Source: a virus (lineage: Duplodnaviria > Caudoviricetes). Taken from it: a DNA stretch of 42,829 nt. Where the stretch lies: positions 1-42,829 of IMG/VR virus record IMGVR_UViG_3300008255_000036; one strand, 5' to 3'. The notes beneath the pieces are model-generated. The model had not been told where the DNA came from. It made no database searches and was given only the letters and a program-made list of their open reading frames with translations. A program made the position numbers and the translations under genes. Below, piece by piece: positions 35,154 through 42,829 of the stretch; the first letter of the stretch is position 1; each line of letters opens with the position of its first letter.

Positions 35154-35909
35154 TTAGTTTAAGCCATACGGCATTTGCTCGAGAGAAAAACCCTTTTCTT
35201 CAGCTTCATGCCAATGAATAAGATCGTTACCAAAGTCACTTTTCATATCGACCTTTATTGCTTTTCCTTTCCGTAGTTTCCACTTTTCACTGTACTTTGG
35301 CCAATGCTTTATATAATAGTCACATTTTTTTTCCCATTGCTCTACTGAGAGTGCTTTTCCAAAATGCTTGATTTTACCTGATACTGCAACAGACCCCTTC
35401 TCAGGTAGATTTACAATACGTTGATCCGGTTTATCGTAACAAATATCAGGAGAGTTTCTGAAAAAAAATACGATCGTACGTGATTCCGGACCAATATACT
35501 CACGCTCTGAATATGGTTTATCTACATCCCCAGGAGTGATATAGAAATCGAACAGTTTACATGCGACAGCTTTAATATCCGGATTGAATAGAGTGGAATA
35601 ATCAAAGTTTTCAATCCTTTCATCTGCATCAAAGTAGACAAACCAATCATCAATATCCGCATTTTCTTGTGCCATATCCAAAATCATTTGTCTATTTACG
35701 TGTTCCGCTTGTTCTCTATCTGGATTCCAGTAGTTACCTTTGATAATTTTTTTTACTGCTCTATGTGACTCACAAATATCTACCGTATTATCAGTAGACA
35801 TATCGTCATAAACATATATTCCCCCGGTGCATATACTCCCCCAATGATCCAAAGTATCTTTCATAATGAGAGACTCGTTCCTTACCTTTATGATGCCAAT
35901 TATTTTCAT
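35154..35909 (-). CDS. Glycosyltransferase, GT-A/GT2-like (251 aa)
   Basis: KVRNE...VYDDMSTDNT...YFDADE (DxD)...IKHFG; start moved to 35909. Confidence 0.85.
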   Translation of the reverse strand: MKIIGIIKVRNESLIMKDTLDHWGSICTGGIYVYDDMSTDNTVDICESHRAVKKIIKGNYWNPDREQAEHVNRQMILDMAQENADIDDWFVYFDADERIENFDYSTLFNPDIKAVACKLFDFYITPGDVDKPYSEREYIGPESRTIVFFFRNSPDICYDKPDQRIVNLPEKGSVAVSGKIKHFGKALSVEQWEKKCDYYIKHWPKYSEKWKLRKGKAIKVDMKSDFGNDLIHWHEAEEKGFSLEQMPYGLN

Positions 35910-35910
35910 A

Positions 35911-36918
35911 TTAGAATGCGTTTTTTGGCTGGATAATATCATCGGCAATATCAAGGTATTTTTTTGCGACAACACGAACATCATGGTTTTGTGTCATGTA
36001 CTCATACATGGCATCAGCATTTTCCTTAGTATTTGCTTGTTCGATCAATTTGATGACTTCCTCAGCAGACTTCAGTTCTCCAGCGCTATTTCTACCGCTG
36101 AAATTGAACCAGGAGAGCTTTTCTACCGTTTCAGGGGTAATCACACCACCTGTACCCCAACGACCGTGCACAAGCCCAATTTTACCCATAGCAATACCCT
36201 CAATGACAGATCTCCCCATTCCGACTACAACATCTGAGTCTTTTATGATGTCTTGCACATCGTAGGCTGGTTGAAAGTTTGCCCCCACTGCGCGTATATC
36301 AGCGTTAAAGTGTTCTGCAACATCCCGGATTATGTTGGTTACTTTGTCATCTTTTCCTTGGTAATTTGAGTTGAAGAAAATCGTTTTTATTTCTTTTTTG
36401 TTTATTGCTTTGCTGTTGTAAGCAAACAATTCCAAATCAATCGGATTTCGTACGAGATGCGCGTCTATGTCATACGAATCCTTGAGGAGCTTTTGTACTT
36501 CTTCTGACACTGCGACAAAGGCATCTACACCCACATCGAGATTCGGGTGTTCAGGAAATATCTGCCCTGTATTTTGATCTTTGTGCAATATCCCATGGAT
36601 AGTCACAATCATTGGTGTGTTTGGGAATACCTGTTTTAGATACCCAGAGATATGATGGTGATTGCAGATAATGAGATCAAACTCATGATCGTCTTGTTCT
36701 TCAAGGACGATGCTGTATGGTTTTACGGATGTTTCATTGGAAAATTGCTTTACGCAATGTATTCCGGCCTCCTCAATTCGAGTTGCCATGAAGCCAAGTT
36801 TGTCACTATATGCCATCACTTCATGCCCCATACTCTTCAATTCTTTGGCCATAGTCAAACACCAGGTTTCTGATCCCGCCAAAATATCTAGTGTATTGTT
36901 TGCTATCAGTATTCTCAT
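35911..36918 (-). CDS. Glycosyltransferase, GT-B/GT4-like (335 aa)
   Basis: AGSETW..TMAKEL..MGHEV, VAVSEEV, RNPID, DVVVGMGRSVIEGIAMG. Confidence 0.85.
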   Translation of the reverse strand: MRILIANNTLDILAGSETWCLTMAKELKSMGHEVMAYSDKLGFMATRIEEAGIHCVKQFSNETSVKPYSIVLEEQDDHEFDLIICNHHHISGYLKQVFPNTPMIVTIHGILHKDQNTGQIFPEHPNLDVGVDAFVAVSEEVQKLLKDSYDIDAHLVRNPIDLELFAYNSKAINKKEIKTIFFNSNYQGKDDKVTNIIRDVAEHFNADIRAVGANFQPAYDVQDIIKDSDVVVGMGRSVIEGIAMGKIGLVHGRWGTGGVITPETVEKLSWFNFSGRNSAGELKSAEEVIKLIEQANTKENADAMYEYMTQNHDVRVVAKKYLDIADDIIQPKNAF

Positions 36919-36935
36919 AAAAGTATTATTAAATT

Positions 36936-36971
36936 AAATGGGGGGGGGCGTTTGCACGCCCCCCCCCATTT
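36936..36971 (-). terminator. Intrinsic terminator after the capsid/decoration genes
   Basis: Perfect 16-bp stem containing G9/C9, GCAA loop on the minus strand, followed by a T-rich tract. Confidence 0.8.
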
Positions 36972-36986
36972 CTTTAGGGATATGTA

Positions 36987-37526
36987 TCAGAGAACAAGAA
37001 AGGCCTTGAACTTCACTGCTGATTTATTTCCTATAACATAGAAAACAGCAGAAGTTGCAGCGGAAGCCGCTGCTTGACCGATCACTATACCCGTGGTTCC
37101 AGATAATACGTCCGCTTTTGCATACAAAGGGACTACTTGTACCAATGAAGGCACAACAGCTAGTGTATGTGCTATTGCCTGTGCTACTCCTGCTGAAATG
37201 AAAGTACCAGATACACTTTCTACTCTCATTTTTGAGAAAGTGACTGCACTTGTAGCAATCTTTGCAGATGTAACAGAGTCTGCGCCCAACTTTGTTGCAG
37301 TGACTGCGCCTGTACCAATCTTCGCAGATGTTACGGCGCCTGCACCAATTTTGGCTGAAGTTATGGAACCATCACCTATATCACCTGCTACGACAGTTCC
37401 AGGCGCAATATGTGCGGATGTTACTGCGTTCGGGGCAATATCTGCTCCATAAACTTTAGCTCCACTCAATGCTGCTGGGGCAAAACATGGGAGGTATCCT
37501 GAAACTGCATCTCCTCGTGAGGCCAT
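36987..37526 (-). CDS. Capsid decoration/fibre protein with 10-aa (A/S)VTSAKIG repeats (179 aa)
   Basis: Tandem GAVTSAKIG-type repeats; lies between the capsid gene and the terminator. Confidence 0.65.
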   Translation of the reverse strand: MASRGDAVSGYLPCFAPAALSGAKVYGADIAPNAVTSAHIAPGTVVAGDIGDGSITSAKIGAGAVTSAKIGTGAVTATKLGADSVTSAKIATSAVTFSKMRVESVSGTFISAGVAQAIAHTLAVVPSLVQVVPLYAKADVLSGTTGIVIGQAAASAATSAVFYVIGNKSAVKFKAFLVL

Positions 37527-37559
37527 AAGACAATAAATTAGTGATTAAAATCCAAGGAC

Positions 37560-38711
37560 TTATTGTTTAAGGTTCCAATGGATTGAATGGGCTTTTGCGG
37601 CGTTCTTCACTTCAGCAGTGAACTCACCTACAATTTGCCATGGTTCATAATCACCAGTCTTCGCCAATTTTTCGAGGAAGAAGTTACGTGTCTGAAGTGG
37701 TTTCACGCTGACACGACTTGCATCGATGACCATACATACATCGTTTGGTACCCATCTATCTACTACGACAGGAAGGTCGATGCCGAGATCTGATACAAAG
37801 TTTTCAACGGTGAATCCTGCGCGTCGAGTATCCATTGTTGAGCGTCGGTACTCTTTATCAAAAGAAGAAATCTTTTGCTTTTGGAGACCTCCTACAACGA
37901 TGTGTGATGGATCACCACCATCATCCCATACTTGCTTGATCATTGCGTTCAAGACGCTTGGAGTCAAGGTTTCTGCGGTTGAGTTGGTGTTTCCACTCGT
38001 CGCGTGCTTGATGAAGTCGATAAGACCACCCATGGTACCGTAAACGGTATCAGAATGACGTGTCGATGAACGAACACCCATGATGAGCGTACGATCAAGT
38101 TCACGCATCAATTCGCGCATGCGCTTATCAATTTGATAAGACTGCTCGCTGCTAATACCGTTGTGCTTGATAGCTTCTGCGGTACCAGTGATTCGTACAC
38201 CCTTTGAAAAGATTTGGGTGTAGTTGTATGGGCGAGTACGTGCGACTGATTCGTCTTTAGGACCTTCCATCCCTTCAGGACGTGGATGAGCAATAATCTC
38301 ATAAGATGCTGAATCCGCATGAGATTCTGCTGATGTGGCACCATAGCCACGGGTAACGGTTGCTGACACACCTGAGCGTGCAGTTACTTGTAATACCTCA
38401 AACTTACCTGACAATGAATCCTTCAAAAGGGTTCCTGCGGTAACGCGAGAGGCATCACTTGCGGCGAGAATAAGAGTTGCTGAACTTGTAGTAAGTGCGC
38501 CTGTAGCTGACGCTGCGGCGGTTACTGGGTTCAACTCATCTTCATCCCACTCGTGTTTTGTTTGTTCGGCAGGATTGTCGGTGGTTACACCGAGGATACC
38601 GAGCAAACTATGATCATCAAGTAAAATCGCATCGACCATTTCATCAAGAGACAAAACGTATGTCCCTGACTGATCGTACGACGTTGTTTGTGATGGAGCT
38701 TGGAGAGCCAT
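37560..38711 (-). CDS. Major capsid protein, SU10/DUF5309-like (383 aa)
   Basis: KHEWDEDEL...NYTQIFSKGVRITGT...ELMRELDRTLIMG...FVSDLG...DRWVP...LAKTGD. Confidence 0.85.
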   Translation of the reverse strand: MALQAPSQTTSYDQSGTYVLSLDEMVDAILLDDHSLLGILGVTTDNPAEQTKHEWDEDELNPVTAAASATGALTTSSATLILAASDASRVTAGTLLKDSLSGKFEVLQVTARSGVSATVTRGYGATSAESHADSASYEIIAHPRPEGMEGPKDESVARTRPYNYTQIFSKGVRITGTAEAIKHNGISSEQSYQIDKRMRELMRELDRTLIMGVRSSTRHSDTVYGTMGGLIDFIKHATSGNTNSTAETLTPSVLNAMIKQVWDDGGDPSHIVVGGLQKQKISSFDKEYRRSTMDTRRAGFTVENFVSDLGIDLPVVVDRWVPNDVCMVIDASRVSVKPLQTRNFFLEKLAKTGDYEPWQIVGEFTAEVKNAAKAHSIHWNLKQ

Positions 38712-38739
38712 ACGAATAACGTGTTAAAAAATGAATAAA

Positions 38740-39441
38740 TTACAATTGTACCTTACCGCGCCGTGCGAGATTGCGAAGTATCGCTGTTGATCTCGCTGCG
38801 CCTGTTTTTCCTTCAACAGATTCTTCCTCAGCGCTACTCGAAGTATTAGTCGAACGACTACTACTTGCCGGTGGTGTTACGGGAGTCTCTGTTTTGGGGG
38901 CTGGTGTTGTCCCACCTGATTGATCGGTCAGGTTGTCCAACTCCTCATCCAAGAAATCCTGGATGTCGAGGATTGCATCTTCGACCGTCTCACTACGAGG
39001 ATCTATGTACGCCGCAGGATTTCGCGCGATCAAACGCTTCACCTGTGGAGATAGATTCTTGTATTCGTCGGATTCGAGGACCTTTCCTACTTGCTTTTCG
39101 AGCTTGAGCCCAAAAGCCTCACGTTTGGCGGCCTGTGCTTCCTCTCGGGCCTCCCTCACTTCTAAGGGTTCGCCGGAGCCATCGCCGTCACCGTCTCCTG
39201 ATTTTTCCCATGATCGTTTCTGCTTTGGTTTGCCTTTGCCACTTTCATGACGTTTATCCCAACGACCAGCTTTGGTCTTGAGATCGGCAAGTTCCTTTTC
39301 AGAAATCTCAACCTTAGTTTCATCAGGTGGCGGATTTTGTGCCCCACCGTTGTTTCCCTCAGGGGGTGTTCCGGGCGGAGTGGTATTTTCACCAGGGGTT
39401 GCAGCCTTTTGCTGGTCGCCCTGTTGATTATTGTCTGCCAT
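38740..39441 (-). CDS. Putative scaffolding protein (233 aa)
   Basis: Immediately upstream of the capsid gene; disordered ends, helical core. Confidence 0.65.
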   Translation of the reverse strand: MADNNQQGDQQKAATPGENTTPPGTPPEGNNGGAQNPPPDETKVEISEKELADLKTKAGRWDKRHESGKGKPKQKRSWEKSGDGDGDGSGEPLEVREAREEAQAAKREAFGLKLEKQVGKVLESDEYKNLSPQVKRLIARNPAAYIDPRSETVEDAILDIQDFLDEELDNLTDQSGGTTPAPKTETPVTPPASSSRSTNTSSSAEEESVEGKTGAARSTAILRNLARRGKVQL

Positions 39442-39456
39442 ATCGATGTGATTAAA

Positions 39457-39753
39457 TTATTCGACAAAAATGTCGAGCTTCTTCGCGTTTCTAACATTCT
39501 CTAGCTTTATTATACATTGGTTATCATTAAGCTGCAAGTCTATACGTTCTCCGAACCTACTGTGGATAAACTTTACATCTTTTTTTGTGTATTGTGGATT
39601 TCCCATTTTGTCGGTAATCACAATATCTGCCATAGCTTCCGGGTTGTCAGACGTGCCATGAAGCCATGTGATGTTTTTGTCTTTTTGAAATACCTCAGCT
39701 TCAGCCTCAGTTTTTCCTTCTTCAAGTGAAAATTGTGCTCTGTTTTCTAGCAT
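39457..39753 (-). CDS. Hypothetical protein (98 aa)
   Basis: TATG start at 39753. Confidence 0.6.
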   Translation of the reverse strand: MLENRAQFSLEEGKTEAEAEVFQKDKNITWLHGTSDNPEAMADIVITDKMGNPQYTKKDVKFIHSRFGERIDLQLNDNQCIIKLENVRNAKKLDIFVE

Positions 39754-39757
39754 AGAA

Positions 39758-42700
39758 TTATTGTTTAGGTGCACTTACCCCAGTATCAGTAGGGAAGAAT
39801 ACACTAAAATACTTTTCTTTCAGTGGTAGTGGTAGATTTTGGAATATACGTTGATCAAGCTCGATATTGTAGGATTTTAATTTCGCGCTCACGTCTCCCA
39901 TATATAGTTGATGTTTATCCACATATTCATTAAACTTATCCATGTTTCCATCCACAAGCATATTCATTGCTTTGTTTACCTTGTTGTCGTATTCAACTTC
40001 ATCCTTTTTTACACGATTGAGATTACCTCGAAAATCCGCTTCTTCAGTAGTAGGAAATCCAAGCGTATACTTGAATAGCTCATCAAACGATACCCATCTC
40101 ATGAGTTTTCCGGTACTTGAGTACATACCAAAAGGCTTCTCAGGATCAGGGGATTGAGATATTCCAGCTTCGTATCTATCAATCGATTGTTTTGCTTTCA
40201 TCCAGCGTTGTGCACCAACTCCGGTAAGCGTACCACCATAAATCTTCATTGTATTCACGATCTCTTTCCAGTTGCTATTTACTTCATCCGCCATCCCCTG
40301 TGCGGCGCCATTGATCATTTGTATAGCACTCCATCCCGCGTTTGTGAGCGGACCAAGAGGCAATCCGGTGATAGGCCCAGTACCAACCCATTTATCTACG
40401 TCTACTCCTGCAAGATCTTCCCATGTACGTTTGATTGCTGCGCTTGCAGCATACCATCGAACAAACTTCATCCATTGTCCTCGAGCCGCCCAACTCTTGA
40501 GCGTAAATACATATTCCCATGTCCATTGGGCAAACTGAAGTCCGAGCTTTCCTTTTAGACCGTAATGGAGTCTTGATTGTGTTCCTTTTCTATATGGAAA
40601 TTGTGTACGGTCAATCACGTCTTGAATCATCAGATCGCGTGCCTCCTCAACAGACTTTGTACTGTTGCTTTGTAGCTTGTTTCTCACGATATTTCTAAGT
40701 GTAGGATTGAACGATTGAATATCGATACCATCCTCCATGGCATTCCAGTTGATTTTCCCCTCTGTAAACTGTTGCCAGTAGTGTTCAAAACGTCCTTTGG
40801 CTCCCATGTAGGTGACACCACGGTTGAAAACATCAGCACTTGCGTATGGTTTCAACATTGTCTCATTAAAAGATTTGTATCCATTCATTGCCTGTCCGAA
40901 CTTAGATCTTTTTGAGATGCTGATTAAATCACCACCATACGGGACACCTCCATCTACTAGAAAGCCTTTGTCTCGTATTTCTTTCACTGCATTTTTATCA
41001 CTCAAAAATGATTTCATTCCTTTGGCAAACCACTCCGGTCCGAGCTCAGGATAGGTAGTAAAGAATGGCTGCATCATGTTACGAACAATAGGCATGATAC
41101 GTGGCAACCCCAACGCTCCGGCATATGATGTTGTCATCCCATAATCTACAATCTGTCTCGCTATGTTTTCAGGTATTTTATTCCCGAGTTTTGCTGACAG
41201 ATTCTGACTAAACTTATTCAAAGCCTGGGATAGTTTATCTTGGTATCCCATTTTTTCTTGTAGGTAATCGTTTGTGGATGCGCGAAGATTCTCAGGGAGT
41301 TTTTCTATCTGCATTTTTGCAGTCTCAACTGGGTCATGAAGAAACTTCTTTTTTCCAACCATGCCGGAATAAATATCGAACAGCGCAAGAGCGTCGTCTT
41401 CCATTGGTACAAAGTTCCCTTCACGCTCGAACTCGTAGAATGGTTTGATCTCATTTGGCACCTCATTTGCTTTGTACAAATTGAAGATACCACCACGCTC
41501 TCGTATTTGTGGTGAATAAACCTCGAGGAAACGCTGAGATTCAATGCCAACCTCCTTGAAAAAAACCTTGTACTGTTCTTGCAGCCAATCAGCAATTTGC
41601 ACAAGTTCTTTTTTTGTTGCATCTTTGAATGCCTCATTTTTAAGAAGTGATGCTTTATCCCCTTCAAGATAGCGGGTTATGGCTCGGCGTTCTTCAAGAT
41701 ATTTTGGTTTTTCATATTTTCCAAATACCTGTCGTGATTCGTTTTGCCATGATGTTTTGAAAACTTTGTTCAGTCGCATTGCATTCTCGATCGGCAGGTA
41801 GACTTGAGAATAAATTGGGTGCCCCATTTCTCGTTCTGCCGCTTCCATCCAATACCGAGCAGGGTGAGTGAATGGACGTATAAGCATATCTCTGTCACCA
41901 TACAAAAACTCGTCTGTTTGATTGAACAGCCGTACGGTCTCAGATACATCAAAGGCTTCCTTTTTTGTGAGTTCCGCTATGTTTTGTTTACCCGTGATTG
42001 CTTTTGAAATTGACTGGAGTGTCATATCATCGACACCACGTGCGTCTGCCAAGTTTGCAATTTGTTGCATCTCGTTCCCGGATACCAGTGTTTTCTCCAT
42101 TCCCTTTACAGGACGTGGAACAACGGTATTTGTAAGATCTGTTGCCTGTGATTGCATCTCTTGCAATTTATCTTTTTGTGGTTGCAATGGTGGTGGATTT
42201 TTGAACTCATCTCCATTGAAAGGAGTCTGCTGTACACCAATTGCTTTAGAAGGGGCATAGATAAACTCACTTCTGATCCCTTCAGATTTGACTAATTCAG
42301 AAATTGGTACTTGTGTTTCATACAGTTGCGCACCTTCTCTCTGTTTGACATATCTTTCTGCATTCGATTTATCAAGTGTAATATGATCACCAACCTTGAT
42401 GTCTTCAGTACCAGCGCGGTACACAGTAATCAAGGTCTCAGGGGTTGCGTCTTCAGGTACAAAACCACCACTCTTTGCACGAGTGAGCGCTTGCTCATTA
42501 GTCATGCGCATGGCTTCCCGTTCCCCTGCGAGTGTCTTTTGTACTACCGCTGCGGTGTTTGCCTCATTCATTGCACGGTTTGCAAATCTTGGATCTTTTG
42601 AAAGCATGCGATCGATGCTCGATGCTCTTGTAAGGGGTGCCATCTCACCACGCGCCAAAGCTACATTAGGATTATATTTTACTATTGCTGAATCTACTTT

Positions 42701-42829
42701 TAATTCAGGACCCATCTTCCCTTCAACAACATTTCCTCTACCAAACTTAGATGTCAGTGCATCTTTGGTTTGCTCAACAAGTGACTTTCGTAATTGTACA
42801 ACAGAAAACTCAGCCAGTCCCTGTCCTGC
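39758..42829 (-). CDS. 3' part of the ~1329-aa internal virion/ejection protein, with a putative ADP-ribosyltransferase-like domain
   Basis: Open frame to the window end; ITVYRAG...GDHITL...SEFIYAP at 42251-42433. Confidence 0.85.
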   Translation of the reverse strand, partial: AGQGLAEFSVVQLRKSLVEQTKDALTSKFGRGNVVEGKMGPELKVDSAIVKYNPNVALARGEMAPLTRASSIDRMLSKDPRFANRAMNEANTAAVVQKTLAGEREAMRMTNEQALTRAKSGGFVPEDATPETLITVYRAGTEDIKVGDHITLDKSNAERYVKQREGAQLYETQVPISELVKSEGIRSEFIYAPSKAIGVQQTPFNGDEFKNPPPLQPQKDKLQEMQSQATDLTNTVVPRPVKGMEKTLVSGNEMQQIANLADARGVDDMTLQSISKAITGKQNIAELTKKEAFDVSETVRLFNQTDEFLYGDRDMLIRPFTHPARYWMEAAEREMGHPIYSQVYLPIENAMRLNKVFKTSWQNESRQVFGKYEKPKYLEERRAITRYLEGDKASLLKNEAFKDATKKELVQIADWLQEQYKVFFKEVGIESQRFLEVYSPQIRERGGIFNLYKANEVPNEIKPFYEFEREGNFVPMEDDALALFDIYSGMVGKKKFLHDPVETAKMQIEKLPENLRASTNDYLQEKMGYQDKLSQALNKFSQNLSAKLGNKIPENIARQIVDYGMTTSYAGALGLPRIMPIVRNMMQPFFTTYPELGPEWFAKGMKSFLSDKNAVKEIRDKGFLVDGGVPYGGDLISISKRSKFGQAMNGYKSFNETMLKPYASADVFNRGVTYMGAKGRFEHYWQQFTEGKINWNAMEDGIDIQSFNPTLRNIVRNKLQSNSTKSVEEARDLMIQDVIDRTQFPYRKGTQSRLHYGLKGKLGLQFAQWTWEYVFTLKSWAARGQWMKFVRWYAASAAIKRTWEDLAGVDVDKWVGTGPITGLPLGPLTNAGWSAIQMINGAAQGMADEVNSNWKEIVNTMKIYGGTLTGVGAQRWMKAKQSIDRYEAGISQSPDPEKPFGMYSSTGKLMRWVSFDELFKYTLGFPTTEEADFRGNLNRVKKDEVEYDNKVNKAMNMLVDGNMDKFNEYVDKHQLYMGDVSAKLKSYNIELDQRIFQNLPLPLKEKYFSVFFPTDTGVSAPKQ
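42707..42829. repeat. Terminal direct repeat, copy 2
   Basis: Identical to 1-123. Confidence 0.97.

Overview
This window is an apparently complete, circularly assembled tailed dsDNA phage genome of about 42.7 kb. Positions 1-123 repeat 42707-42829, and the join falls inside one ~1329-aa gene. A minus-strand late arm starts at ~8.5 kb and runs through the join: TerS, TerL, portal, three probable ejection/internal proteins, scaffold, SU10/DUF5309-like capsid, a decoration protein, three glycosyltransferases plus a methyltransferase-like gene, tail/adaptor/LamG-fibre genes, and a lysis cassette built on a papain-like C1 peptidase. A plus-strand arm (8.6-25.8 kb) carries a BECR-like RNase candidate, atypical tRNAs within ~2 kb of densely structured non-coding sequence, a symmetric short-repeat array (~11.15-11.86 kb), a ~4.1 kb GATC-free block of small early genes, then peptide deformylase, RusA, lytic transglycosylase, PD-(D/E)XK nuclease, KTSC and SMC-like ATPase genes. 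I recognised no integrase, DNA polymerase, helicase, primase or tape measure, so a podovirus-like morphology is inferred. Several proteins and the SD-less TATG starts suggest a Patescibacteria (CPR) host. The best candidates for new biology are the restriction-site-free leading region bracketed by two non-coding elements, the RNase + altered-tRNA + ncRNA locus, and the virion-glycosylation cassette. All calls are by eye; no searches were run.
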